Below, in pieces: positions 19,476 to 30,261 of a stretch of 64,000 nt of DNA. The translations under genes and the position numbers were made by a program. This DNA is from Opitutales bacterium. Lineage in GTDB: Bacteria; Verrucomicrobiota; Verrucomicrobiia; Opitutales; PNEW01. The stretch lies in NCBI GenBank assembly GCA_965197745.1, contig CBDANS010000007.1:384001-448000 (forward strand). Direction: 5' to 3'. Every line of letters begins with the position of its first letter. Position 1 is the first letter of the stretch. Under the pieces are notes generated by a model, which worked only from the letters and a program-made list of their open reading frames with translations, was not told where the DNA came from and ran no database searches.

Positions 19476-20222
19476 TTATCTCCTGGACCGGAGCTTGGCC
19501 AGCAGTCTGAGAATTTCGATATAGAGCCAGATGAGCGTTACCATTAAACCGAAGGCGGCATACCATTCCATGTACTTAGGCGCTCCCTGCGATGCCCCGT
19601 TTTCGATAAAATCGAAGTCCAGGACCAGGTTCATTGCGGCGACGACAACGACAAAGAGACTGAACCCGATGCCTATTAATCCACTGTCATGAATAAAGGG
19701 TATCCCGATGCCAACAAACCTGAGAATAAATGATAAAAAATATATTAAGGCGATTCCTCCCGTCGCGGCGACAACGCCAAGCTTGAAATTCTCTGTAACT
19801 TTAATGAGCCCTGACTTGTAGGCGGCCAGAAGGCCGAAAAGGGTACACATAGTTAATCCAATCGCCTGCACGACAATCCCCGGAAATTGCGCTTCAAAAA
19901 CGGCCGAAATACCGCCCACAAAAAACCCTTCAAGAACGGAATAGATCGGAGCGGTAAGAGGTGCCCATTGTTTTTTAAACACGGTGATGAGGGCTACAAT
20001 AAACCCTCCGATGGCTCCACCAATCATCCAGGGCAGCACTACCGCAGGGGTCCCAGTTGAATAAAACTGGTTCCATATCCAGACGGCGGGTAGGGTGAGA
20101 AAAAATAACATTAGCAATGTCTTATTGACCGTGCCCTGAATCGTCATCACTTGGTCACCGAGGGACTCTGATCCAATTCTATCGAAAGTTTTTGCGTTTA
20201 AAGCGGGATTCGCTGTTCTCAT
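19476..20222 (-). CDS. Bax inhibitor-1/YccA family membrane protein
   Basis: MRTANP, MTIQGTVNKT, LVLDFDFIE, PKYMEWYAAFGLMVTLIWLYIEILRLL. Confidence 0.9.
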   Translation of the reverse strand: MRTANPALNAKTFDRIGSESLGDQVMTIQGTVNKTLLMLFFLTLPAVWIWNQFYSTGTPAVVLPWMIGGAIGGFIVALITVFKKQWAPLTAPIYSVLEGFFVGGISAVFEAQFPGIVVQAIGLTMCTLFGLLAAYKSGLIKVTENFKLGVVAATGGIALIYFLSFILRFVGIGIPFIHDSGLIGIGFSLFVVVVAAMNLVLDFDFIENGASQGAPKYMEWYAAFGLMVTLIWLYIEILRLLAKLRSRR

Positions 20223-20255
20223 TTTTTCAATCCTGGGTATGACATTATAACGGTT

Positions 20256-22091
20256 CTAGTTTTTAATTTCCTGTTTCAATGAAAAAGAGACACTCCCGAT
20301 TTTTTCTACCTCACCAATCCCTTTGATTTCACTGTTTTTTACGGCTTCTTCGGGTATGGTAATTCTTTCTGAAATTCTCCCAAGGGTGATCACATCACCG
20401 GGAAATAAGGTAATATATTGAGTTATATATTCAAGAACCTGGGGAGTCTTTGCAACATATTCGGCTGTCGAACCTTTAATCCTGCCAAAGTTTTCAACAT
20501 TTAATGACATACCTGAATTGTTAACCTCGGTACTGTTGAAATTTACCGGTTGATCTGATATTACGTTAAAGCCATCTGCCCATCTGCCATAAATGGGTGG
20601 TAATCCTGTCACGTCCGTTTCAGAACGCTCAGCCTTATAGCTAATAGCTTCTTTAAAAGATTCATCACACAGGGACACCAGGGGCGTGTACCCTAAAATA
20701 AAATCATCGCTCTCTTCCTCGCTGATATTAAACGCGATCTTTTTAATGACCAGGGCAAGTTCTATTCCTATTTTCAATGAAGTAGCCCTGGGAGGGATTT
20801 CTATATGAGAAGGGGAACTGCTTAGCGAGGACGCGGGCCCGTTTAAAAATCTTGGGCCATAGGAGGAATATAATTTTCCCTGTTTATCGACAAATTTTTT
20901 ATGATTTGCATATACCGTCCAGAAGTGCCGGACATTTTTTATCGCCCAGTTTTCAAGCAAATTAATTCCATCACCCTCATTTTTTATAACGTCTCTTACC
21001 GCGGGCGATGAATGGATCAGGGTGTCATCATTCTTTTTGTCCCGCCAATCATCATGGTCGATAACCACTACGCGATTTTTCAGTGACCCAATTTTTTCTA
21101 TTTCCGCCTCGATGTAATCGTGGGGACCAAAATTGACATCGCGCAGGCCATCTATTCCCATCGTACCGAGGTGCATGACGTCTCCCGGATAGATAGTGGC
21201 GAAGGATGAATACCAAACAACAACTCTTTCTATCCCCTCGAGCAAATTGCCGGTATAAGCTCTATCTCTTAATATCCCGGATTTTCTGGTATAGACCAGT
21301 AAATCATATGGATCTTCAATTTCGTCTTTGGTTACAAGATACGGACCCATCGGGCACCCCGTATCCGCCTTTTTTCCACACCATGAGGCGGTAGCGCGTA
21401 ATAAAAAGTCCGCGTCCTGGGGAAGTTTGTGTCCGATATTCTCTTTGTTAATGGTATTAAAGTAACAACCACCTGCAATATCATTTACCGAGGTATAGCC
21501 CGCGACATAATTCATCGCTTCAGGACCTTGGATATACCGACCTTTTTTTCCAATAATGATTCCGAATTCAACGTTGTAACCCCAGTCCGTCCCATTCTTT
21601 GGAATGATTACCGGTTCATCAGGTCCGACGACTGTTCCCTGGCACCGTTGGTGACCGAGGGGATAGAAATTCGCAACCTGTAATTTAGGATTACCACTAA
21701 TAAATCTGGGGCTGTTTCTAACCAGCTCGAAATATAACCGCGGTCTTGGTATCGGTGCTTTGACTTTCACCGACTTCACCGGATGTCCAATCCCCGCAGG
21801 GACCTTCGGTTCAGATTGATTTAAACATTTTTTGACCGCTTCTTCTAAAAGGCGCAATGCATGTATCCCGTCTTCTTCCAGGGCCAAAAACGAAACCATA
21901 TCCCGGGGCCATCCGTTTGTCATAATGGATTCCAGCTCCTTCAATATAAGTTGAGATTGGGGATTATTTATTGAAACTAAATATTCCTGGAATATTTAGG
22001 GTTCAAAAACCCAATCTTCATTATAAACCGGGTGAGATAGGACCATACCCCATCGTTCGGTGTTATTAATTTCAAAAGTTGATAAACGCAT
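20256..22091 (-). pseudogene. Tandem two-domain fumarylacetoacetate hydrolase-family gene with in-frame TAA at codon 32
   Basis: ATG at 22091 reads MRLSTFEINNTERWG...VFEP*IFQE, in frame with the 562-aa ORF (TAA at 21996-21998); two FAH units (YVAGYTSVND...YPGDVMHLGT; FILGYT...LFPGDVITLG). Confidence 0.75.
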
Positions 22092-22314
22092 ATATTCTTT
22101 AATGCCTGGTGGGGAGGGAAATAGACAGGTTAATTTTCGATCTGCTTCGGGTCAGTAATCCCCGGGGATGTAGGAGCAAAGCAAATCAATTAAATTTACA
22201 TGGCCAACTTCTACTTCCGGAGAATGAAAATGCAATAAGGTAAATATGATTGTCGCTAATCTTTTAATTTACCCGGCTGGCCCTTTTTCGGGGGCACATT
22301 ATCAATGACCGTGA

Positions 22315-22680
22315 TTATATGAGCAATGAATTAACAGCGGTTGTTAATTCCTCTAATGAGAATGGTTTCACGATCGAACAGTCTGCGCCCAAACCTTTGG
22401 CTGCCTCCAGGTACCTTTCAGGCCCCAGGAGTCCGCCCCCTGAGATGGCAATGATTTTCACTTCAGGGTTCTGCTTTTTAGCATGAATCATTACTTCGAA
22501 ACCATTCATGTCCTCCATTATAATATCTGTAATAATAAGATCAGGTTTTAATTCCTGGAGAATGTTCTTCGCTTCAAGACCACCCGGAGCTACGAACACT
22601 TTATGCTGTTCTTCTTCTAACGCGTACAACAATAAAGAACGGTAACTCTCATCATCTTCAACAATAAGAATGGTATTCAT
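22315..22680 (-). CDS. Single-domain response regulator (receiver)
   Basis: ILIVEDD, DLIITD, IAISG, KPF. Confidence 0.92.
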   Translation of the reverse strand: MNTILIVEDDESYRSLLLYALEEEQHKVFVAPGGLEAKNILQELKPDLIITDIIMEDMNGFEVMIHAKKQNPEVKIIAISGGGLLGPERYLEAAKGLGADCSIVKPFSLEELTTAVNSLLI

Positions 22681-22747
22681 AAGGCGGGTTGAAGTTCAGC
22701 AATTTATTAAATCGAATACTTGATAATGACGTGACAGAGTGGTCGGG

Positions 22748-23671
22748 TTACACAAACTGGTCCACCGGGAGAGTTAGTCTGGAGAGGTTAATGTTGAAGT
22801 TAAGTTGGTAGAGGAAGTCAAGGCTTGGGCGCAATGAGGGCGTAGCCCGAATGGAGCCCGAGCCTTCGGTATTGAGGTTTTCAGTGAAGTGCCGTGGAGT
22901 GATGTTGCCGAGGCTGCGGTGGGGTCGGACATGATTGTAAAGCCAGCGCCAATCTTCGATGACCACGCGGGCTTCGGTCAAAGTCCATAACTGTTCACGG
23001 TTTAAACACTCCTCGCGAAAACGGGCATGGAACGATTCAATGTATCCGTTCTGCCAAGGGCTTGCTGGTTCGATATAGAGGGTTTTGATTTTCATCGCAG
23101 TTAGCCAGGCTCTCAATTGGCTTTCAATAAACTCGGAACCGTTGTCGCTACGAATATATTTTGGCGGCCCATGCCGGTCGAGCAGTTTTTGCATGATACC
23201 GCGCACCGTTTCCGCATTGATATGGCGATCAACATGGATCACCCGGCACTCGCGGGTGTACTCATCGAGCACGGTCAGCATTTTTAGACTGCCGCCGCGA
23301 ACCGTCTTATCGTGGATAAAATCCCAGGTCCAAACATGGTCGGGATGTTCGGCCTTTGTCGGTAGCCCGGTGCAGACACCCCTGCGCCGGCGTCTTGGCT
23401 TGCGTGGGGGGATCGCCAGACCCAGTTCACGTCGCAGACCTTGCACGAGACGTTTACCCACCTGCCAGCCTTCGTCCTTCAACAGCTTCGTGATCTTGGG
23501 ATAGCCCCACCTCGCGTATTGCCGTGATAACCGCCTTACTGCCGCTTTTAGTTTCGTTAGCCAGGCATCCGGATGCTTGGCCCTATACGCATAGGTGGAA
23601 CGGTGCAGCCGAAAGTACCGGCACCCCGCTCGCATCGAACACTGGCCCCGAGTCACAAGTCTCTCTGCCAC
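22748..23671 (-). CDS. IS3 transposase OrfB (DDE), -1 frame relative to OrfA
   Basis: WTWDF, RSDNGSEF, PWQNGYIESF, YNHVRPHRSL. Confidence 0.93.
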   Translation of the reverse strand: MAERLVTRGQCSMRAGCRYFRLHRSTYAYRAKHPDAWLTKLKAAVRRLSRQYARWGYPKITKLLKDEGWQVGKRLVQGLRRELGLAIPPRKPRRRRRGVCTGLPTKAEHPDHVWTWDFIHDKTVRGGSLKMLTVLDEYTRECRVIHVDRHINAETVRGIMQKLLDRHGPPKYIRSDNGSEFIESQLRAWLTAMKIKTLYIEPASPWQNGYIESFHARFREECLNREQLWTLTEARVVIEDWRWLYNHVRPHRSLGNITPRHFTENLNTEGSGSIRATPSLRPSLDFLYQLNFNINLSRLTLPVDQFV

Positions 23672-23691
23672 TTGCCGCTTGTGCCCAGGGC

Positions 23692-23958
23692 TTACAGTTT
23701 TTTTTCGAGGGTCTCCTGCAGGATCTCTATCCCCAGCATCTTGTCCGCCAGCATCCGTTTTAACCGCGCGTTCTCCTTCTCGAGCTCCTTCATCCGCTTG
23801 GCCTGGTTGACATCAATCATCCCAAACTCACGTTTCCAGCGGTGGAAGGTCTGTTCGCTTATGTTGTTCTCGCGGCATGCTTCCAGGATCGTTTTCCCTT
23901 TGTCCGCCTGGCGCAGCATCCGTATTTTCTCTTCGGTCGTGTATCTTTTGCCTTTCAT
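23692..23958 (-). CDS. IS3 transposase OrfA (HTH)
   Basis: MKGKRYTTEEKI...ISEQTFHRWK...LEKENARLKR; A8 slippery run at 23698-23705. Confidence 0.92.
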   Translation of the reverse strand: MKGKRYTTEEKIRMLRQADKGKTILEACRENNISEQTFHRWKREFGMIDVNQAKRMKELEKENARLKRMLADKMLGIEILQETLEKKL

Positions 23959-24533
23959 TGTCTGTGTCCTTTCTAGTTGGACCAGACTAACTTTTCAAGT
24001 GGACCAGTTTTCGTGGTCACGACCAAGAGTTACCCAATAGTTCGAAGGATAATTCCAAATAATTTTTCGTAGACGAGGTAAATGAGGTTTCCTTTTTGAA
24101 TTCGGGTTTGTAAGTAACTGAATTTATTGACCTGGCATACTGTCTCAAGAAACTGTCCATGACCTTGCTCCAATATCGTTAGTAGCTCTAATAATTTCAA
24201 TCTATTCCCAAGCAAAAATTTTCTAATAGTAATAATATCAGTAACTTATAAAGCATAAACCGAACCAAACTTGTAAATCATAGGCGAATTACCTTACTTA
24301 GTTAGTTATTATACATATTTACTATATTTGTGTGTAAAATTATACAGACTTTGCCTCTGGAATCAAATTCAGAGGGATTTTAAACAAACATATAAGGTGC
24401 ATACTTCATAATATAATAATTAATATTTATTATGAAAGAATCCATGGGATAGCCCGAACTATTTTATTGGCTAAAGACGATGACACCATATGACATAAGT
24501 TGAGAGTCAGTGTTTGAAGAACAGAATTAAATC

Positions 24534-25528
24534 ATGCCTAAACGTATCATTATCTGCTGTGACGGCACCTGGAATACTCCTGAACCAAAATACGTAACAA
24601 ACGTTACAAAAATTGCCCGTGCCATTGAGCCTACAGACGAAATAGGAAATGAACAGGTTGTTTTTTATGACTGGGGTGTCGGCACCGAAAATAAAATTGA
24701 CGCAATGAGGGGGGGTGCGTTTGGCAAGGGAATCGATAAAAATATACAGGATGCGTATAGATTTCTTGTTCACAATTACTCACCCCGAGATGAACTTTTC
24801 TTCATCGGATTCAGCAGAGGCGCCTATACGGTCAGAAGTGTGATCGGAATGATACGGAACTGTTGGATTTTAAAAAAGTCTAACGCGGCCTTAATACCCA
24901 AAGCCTATGCCATATACCGATCGCGTTCTGGTCCGGATGATAAAGCAGCGCAGAAATTTCGATTAAAATATGCGAGGAAAGCCAATATACATTTTTTAGG
25001 AGTTTGGGACACCGTCGGTGCGTTAGGAATTCCTCTTGGACTCTTTCGTAAATCAAACGAAAAAAAATACGGTTTTCATGATACCGTAATCAGTCGCATT
25101 GTTAAAAATGCTTATCATGCATTGGCCATTGATGAAAAAAGGAAGCCCTTTACTCCGACCATCTGGAAAACAAAAATAAGGCGGAAAAATACAGAACAGG
25201 TATGGTTTGCCGGTGTGCATAGTGACATCGGCGGCGGCTATAAAGAAGCGGGGTTATCTTTTCACACCCTGAAATGGATGCTTGGTAAAGCCGGGCAGTG
25301 CGATCTCTCGATAAAAAATTCGTATATTAATTCTATTCTTAGAGAGAGATCGCCGGATAAATTACATAATTCTTTTTCAATACTGTATAAATTTTTGGGG
25401 CCATACATCAGAAAATAGGGATCACAAATAATGATGAATCGCTGCATCCTTCGGTTCTCAAACGGTATCGCAGCAACAAAAACTACAGGTCAGCCAACTT
25501 GAGAAATTATATTAATTCCCATTCATAG
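24534..25528 (+). CDS. DUF2235 (Tle1-like alpha/beta hydrolase) protein; C-terminal 37 codons lie in the -1 frame after the A-run at 25412-25415
   Basis: CCDGTWN, GFSRGAYT, GVWDTVGALG, HALAIDE, WFAGVHSDIGGG; the shifted frame continues IGITNNDESLHPSVLKRY...YRSANL to TAG at 25526-25528. Confidence 0.85.
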
Positions 25529-25544
25529 TATTGCAAGCGACACC

Positions 25545-25630
25545 GAACCCCTCGAGTCCACGGAGCACCGTCGCTCCCGCCAGACCATGCTCCCGCGCCT
25601 TTTTAACAATCCACTCGAAATGTGGCAGCC
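25545..25630 (-). pseudogene. Fragment of a DUF190 (PII-like) gene
   Basis: PHFEWIVKKAREHGLAGATVLRGLEGFG matches the DUF190 core; flanks do not. Confidence 0.6.
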
Positions 25631-25719
25631 AGGTGATTACGAATAAATTTAAATGGTGTTGCAATAATGACGAGTGACCAGGGGGTAAATCCTTCCCTCC
25701 CATTAAATAAATCTTACAG

Positions 25720-26895
25720 CTATTCTTTCGAAGGGAATAAAAAAACCCCTTGGATGCCGCAGATCTTTTTGGCTTCGTATTGGGGATGATTCCTCGGTAC
25801 TACCTGTTCCCCTTTATCGGTGCTGAATGCCATGAATGATTTTCCGTCGAGATTGACGGAACTGGAGTAGCCGCCGTCAGTATCGTAATCCTGGATTATC
25901 TGACGCGGTGACCAGGTCATGCCCTGATCCAACGAAGTGTGCATGATCATGTCCTGGGCGGGGGTAAATCTTCCGTGCAGGACCAGGGTCTTGCCAACCC
26001 AGTGAAGGACGGGGCAGCGGACCGATATTTCCTCGACAAGCCGTACAGGTCCCCAGCTCTTTCCATCGTCAATACTCACCCGTGTATAATTCCTCTCTTC
26101 CCCGTCGGGCATGTAAGCCAGGGCCAGAACATAAATGCTGCCATCGGGGAGAAAAGTAATGGTTGGATACCGCATTACCGCGGTATATACATCGGGTTCC
26201 CATTCTCTTGGAGCGATTGGTGAAGGAAAAACAGCGCTGCGCCTTTGCCATGTCTCACCATTATCTTCACTGGTGTGTAATAATACACCCGCATAAAAGC
26301 TGGGTGAGACGAAATAGAGGGTCCCGTTGCGGGTGAGGATATTAGAAGTGGATCCTTCGATGTAATGGGGATGTTCCGGATCGACGTAGCCCTTGTATAC
26401 ATAGGTCTTACCATGATCGTCACTGATGAGGTAAACACACCCTGCAAACTGTTCTCCCCCCAGCACCAGGTTTTTAGCTTCAGCTTCGAGGATTAGCTCC
26501 GGGTTTGTGGTTTGAACCAATAGCACCAGTTTCCCGTCCGGTGTTCGCGCAAAGGTAGATCCATAAGCGCTTTCGCCAAGATGTCTTTCACTATGTTCGT
26601 AGATAACGCCTTCATATTTCCATGAGGCACCGCCATCCGTGCTGCGCGCTTGCACAATATTTCCTACACCATGCACGCGTCCCTGGCCGCTTGCGACCAG
26701 GAGATCTCCGTTAGCGGCTACGATCGTTGTCGGCCCATGAAAATAAGTATCAGGATTACCGAAGGTGTGTGGAATTATATCAAAGGGGGTACCGACTATT
26801 GGTGTGGCCGCAATAAATTGCAGTTTCAGGCCCCCCATAAAAACAAATAAGGTGAGGCCCATAAAAGCGACGAATAATAAGCGTTTTTTATTCAT
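25720..26895 (-). CDS. BNR/Asp-box (sialidase-like) beta-propeller, secreted or membrane-anchored
   Basis: Five Asp-boxes STDGGASW, SDDHGKTY, SEDNGETW, SIDDGKSW, SLDQGMTW; GGYSS; N-terminal hydrophobic segment. Confidence 0.82.
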   Translation of the reverse strand: MNKKRLLFVAFMGLTLFVFMGGLKLQFIAATPIVGTPFDIIPHTFGNPDTYFHGPTTIVAANGDLLVASGQGRVHGVGNIVQARSTDGGASWKYEGVIYEHSERHLGESAYGSTFARTPDGKLVLLVQTTNPELILEAEAKNLVLGGEQFAGCVYLISDDHGKTYVYKGYVDPEHPHYIEGSTSNILTRNGTLYFVSPSFYAGVLLHTSEDNGETWQRRSAVFPSPIAPREWEPDVYTAVMRYPTITFLPDGSIYVLALAYMPDGEERNYTRVSIDDGKSWGPVRLVEEISVRCPVLHWVGKTLVLHGRFTPAQDMIMHTSLDQGMTWSPRQIIQDYDTDGGYSSSVNLDGKSFMAFSTDKGEQVVPRNHPQYEAKKICGIQGVFLFPSKE

Positions 26896-26986
26896 GACTT
26901 AGAAAAGTTTGCTACGACCATACCTCTCGTTTGAGTAGTAATAAGCCAGGTAATATACGAGCTTACATATAGCGTATAATTATGAA

Positions 26987-27041
26987 GTCAGTCCAATCTT
27001 TTTAATGATATATATTAAATATCAAGGAAGATTGGACTGAC
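26987..27041. repeat. Perfect 14-bp inverted repeat (REP-like hairpin or terminator)
   Basis: GTCAGTCCAATCTT (26987-27000) and AAGATTGGACTGAC (27028-27041), with an inner TGATAT/ATATCA pair. Confidence 0.7.
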
Positions 27042-27147
27042 CCCTTACCTGTATTTCAACAGGTATTATGTCCCAGAGGGATGGAACTGTTATTTTTTAC
27101 AATGACAATTGCTGTTCTCGATCACCTGTATCGGGTGACTCATAAAT

Positions 27148-29748
27148 TTAATCAATCGTCATTTCTTCCACATGGACTGCAATTTCCCGACCATCCGCGT
27201 GTGAGAAGGTTGCATTGATGCTTTGGGTCGGTTGATAAATTCCCTCCGAATTCACATTGTTCTGCGAAATCAATGTCTCAAACCCCGGGGTGATCGATCC
27301 ACTACGCGCGATCACGATTGAAGATCCATTGCTTTGAATAAGATCGCCCCCGGCTATCGGCAGCCCTGGATTGGCCGCATTGACCGTGAAGGAACCCTCA
27401 CCAAAAAGAAGGACCGGAACCGAACTGCCGTTGGCGTCAATGTCACCTATCAAGACACGAACTGACACCGGTATACCAGGAGCCTTTAATCCCACTTCTC
27501 CATCCAAATCACTAAAGCGGGCGTTCGCACAAAGGATTCCTCCAAAACCTGTGGAATTAGTGATCTCCAGCAAGGATACATCCGCCATTCCGTCATACAC
27601 TTCGCTTTCCCGGAATAACGACTGGTTCACTGCATTAATCGGCCCCACGGTGAAGATGCTCATGAAAGTGTTTTCGTCAGCTTCTTCGACCTTAATGCTG
27701 GCACGACCTTTAACATAATTCACCGATGGTTGATTATATTTTACCGGGGTTGCAGCCGCTTCGAAGGTGTCCGGGTCCAGGGAAATTGTCACTACCGCAT
27801 TACCGGAAAATTCCACCTGCACAATGTCATCGTTTAAGTCTAAGAAAGAGACACGTGTGATCTCCTCCTCATCGGACTGCAATCTTACGCTTTGCCCGGT
27901 GAGCAAGACCTGGTTATAGACATTGCCGTTGGCGTGGGTAATGTTCTCACCAACCGTCTCACCACTGCCTTCAACGACGAGATCAACCAAGCGCACTTCA
28001 TCATCAGCGAGATCTTCGATTATCACTTCAACCCTTTCATGGTCCAGTATGATTCCTGAGAGGGGGTCTATTGCAGCGCTGTTGGTTTCTTCTATAATGC
28101 CTTCTTCGAAGGCATCTCTAATGTCGCTTAAACCCGTTTCAAAGTCATATATATGAGAGGAATCGAGTCCATCAGCAGTGGCGAACAGGTCATTAGCAGT
28201 GGCCCCTGTAAATGTGGACGATACCGTATCTATTACGAGGATATCTCCCGGATCCATGGTGCCATCGGCAAATGCTTCCGGATAAACTACAGCTACGCTA
28301 AATTCGTATTCGCCTGGAAGTTCATTTCCCGACCAGGTGTGCTGAAAAAATTCGGGATCATCCAAGGTAAAAGGCGTTGATAGATTGACGCTACTTTCGA
28401 AAGGTATGAGTGTTCGCGTATCGTACAAACTACCTAAAGTCATTCCTGAATCGGTAACTGAATAGACTGTCTCACGATCAGGCAAGGTGATCCAGGCGTA
28501 AAAGTTGACGGTCACCGGATATCCCTGGTTAAATCTCCTCAAAGAGAGATTTAAGGTTTCCCATGGACTGAATCTGTCCTGGTTCAAGTTAATGGAAATA
28601 GGATCGTTAGCTTCACTGTCTTCAGATGTGTCCGAATTGATGGGATCAATTACAATGTCAGCTGCTTCAATCGCATTGTCAGAGATCACAATATCGTCCA
28701 CGTATAAGGTCGCCGCTTCATCGCCGTAACTGTGTGCGGTTATACCGATCTCTAAATAATTGTATATCGTTTCATCCAGAAGAAGGGTTTGGCCCAGGGT
28801 ATCTATAATTTTTTCTCCGTCTTGCCAGACCTCAATTATGCCGTCGTCGTCGTCGGATAGCGTCAGATGGATTTCGATGTGCACCCATTCACCGGTGGGA
28901 AACACCACTTCTTGCCCTTTGGGTTGATAATATTTCTTTTTCGACACCCATTTTAATTCCATCAATAATTCACCTTCGGGAGGGAGCATGAGTCTTATCC
29001 CCGGTCTTTGTTCATACCAGGTTGTCTCAAGATCCCATAAAGTGAATGGGATACCCCCTTCGGCAATATAGTACCATCCGGAAAACCATACGTCATCACC
29101 CCTGACATAATGGAACATTTCTGACCCAAGGAATGCCTTGGCTGTAACCATCTCATCCGACTTCGGCACGCTATAAGCTTTTAACGCGCTACTTCCCGTA
29201 TGGACATTTTCTGAACTCGGTTCTATCCGGTTATCGAGGAAATCAGATTCCCCCCGTAAGATCAGTTTCCTCAGTGAGACATAGTCTGGGACTGTAGGCG
29301 TCAAGGGGGATTGCACCACGAAATCCGTCCACCCCTGTTCTATGTTTACAAGGTCCCGGATAGTGTAAACGTTTTCATAGTCTTCCTCAAAATACCTTTT
29401 AACTTCAAATTTCTGTTGTCCGGTATAGGGATCCTTTCTATATATTTTGTTTTCAATTTCAGTGTAGTTTTTTTGATAATAGTCATTGTCATAAAGTTCG
29501 TATATATATGACAGGGTGTTGCTATTATCATCCACCTTGTAAACATCGCCTTCGATTATTATGAAGTCGATGCCCTGAATGTTAATACTGTATTCACTTA
29601 AGTATTGATCAGAGAGTGGTCGGTCTTGTGATCCTTGAGAAAAGGATGAATACAAGAAGACAGCCATCCCAAGTAATATCAGCCTTATGGAATTGCCCGT
29701 CCCTTGTAATCGTAGTTTGTAGTAATTATCAGTAACATTTGTTTTCAT
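27148..29748 (-). CDS. Secreted mosaic protein: polysaccharide-lyase-like/ConA jelly-roll domain + module 'B' + module 'A'
   Basis: WFSGWYYI, GEWVHIEIHL, GIIEVWQDG, LYVDDIVIS; then segments colinear with the C-termini of 11857-13413 and 9650-11860. Confidence 0.78.
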   Translation of the reverse strand: MKTNVTDNYYKLRLQGTGNSIRLILLGMAVFLYSSFSQGSQDRPLSDQYLSEYSINIQGIDFIIIEGDVYKVDDNSNTLSYIYELYDNDYYQKNYTEIENKIYRKDPYTGQQKFEVKRYFEEDYENVYTIRDLVNIEQGWTDFVVQSPLTPTVPDYVSLRKLILRGESDFLDNRIEPSSENVHTGSSALKAYSVPKSDEMVTAKAFLGSEMFHYVRGDDVWFSGWYYIAEGGIPFTLWDLETTWYEQRPGIRLMLPPEGELLMELKWVSKKKYYQPKGQEVVFPTGEWVHIEIHLTLSDDDDGIIEVWQDGEKIIDTLGQTLLLDETIYNYLEIGITAHSYGDEAATLYVDDIVISDNAIEAADIVIDPINSDTSEDSEANDPISINLNQDRFSPWETLNLSLRRFNQGYPVTVNFYAWITLPDRETVYSVTDSGMTLGSLYDTRTLIPFESSVNLSTPFTLDDPEFFQHTWSGNELPGEYEFSVAVVYPEAFADGTMDPGDILVIDTVSSTFTGATANDLFATADGLDSSHIYDFETGLSDIRDAFEEGIIEETNSAAIDPLSGIILDHERVEVIIEDLADDEVRLVDLVVEGSGETVGENITHANGNVYNQVLLTGQSVRLQSDEEEITRVSFLDLNDDIVQVEFSGNAVVTISLDPDTFEAAATPVKYNQPSVNYVKGRASIKVEEADENTFMSIFTVGPINAVNQSLFRESEVYDGMADVSLLEITNSTGFGGILCANARFSDLDGEVGLKAPGIPVSVRVLIGDIDANGSSVPVLLFGEGSFTVNAANPGLPIAGGDLIQSNGSSIVIARSGSITPGFETLISQNNVNSEGIYQPTQSINATFSHADGREIAVHVEEMTID

Positions 29749-30261
29749 TATTAACCTAGCTAAAATTAATATATTTAAACAGTAGTCATGCTAATGTAAT
29801 TACGGTCTTAAAGCAACAACATAAGATTTGTAAGTACCTTTTTATAAATAATTTACAAATATATTTAAAAGTTTTTTTACGGGGCGAAGAGAAATGTTGA
29901 ATATATCACTTTATATAAGAAATAATTTAACATACTTTTATAATGTCGCAACGAATGGGGTTGCGACACGCGGTGATTAAAGAGGTCCTAATTTTACGCA
30001 CTGTGATTGATAATAAAATATTAGTTGGCTAAAACAAGTATAAGATAACTGTTATTTCGCTAATATTCCCCAATCAACTCAATCTGATATAGAGGACACC
30101 GGGTAAGACCAAACGGTCTTTTTTAATACTGAAAACACCCCATACCATGGCGATCTCATGGGAGTCGCCAACAATCTATTGGCTGCAGTGCTGTCCAATG
30201 TCTGAGTATCATGATAAGCGTGCCCGTCGCCTGACCCCTTTTAGGATGCGAAAGAATAATC

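Larger units (their letters stand above)
22740..24025 (-). mobile_element. IS3-family insertion sequence (IS407-like), 1286 bp, apparently intact
   Basis: Imperfect terminal IRs TGGTCG...AAACTGGTCCAC with TG..CA ends; AGAG duplication at 22736-22739 and 24026-24029; orfA/orfB. Confidence 0.93.

Noticed and set aside
24534..25528. T6SS Tle1 effector locus
   Set aside because: No vgrG, PAAR or immunity gene nearby; DUF2235 alone is insufficient
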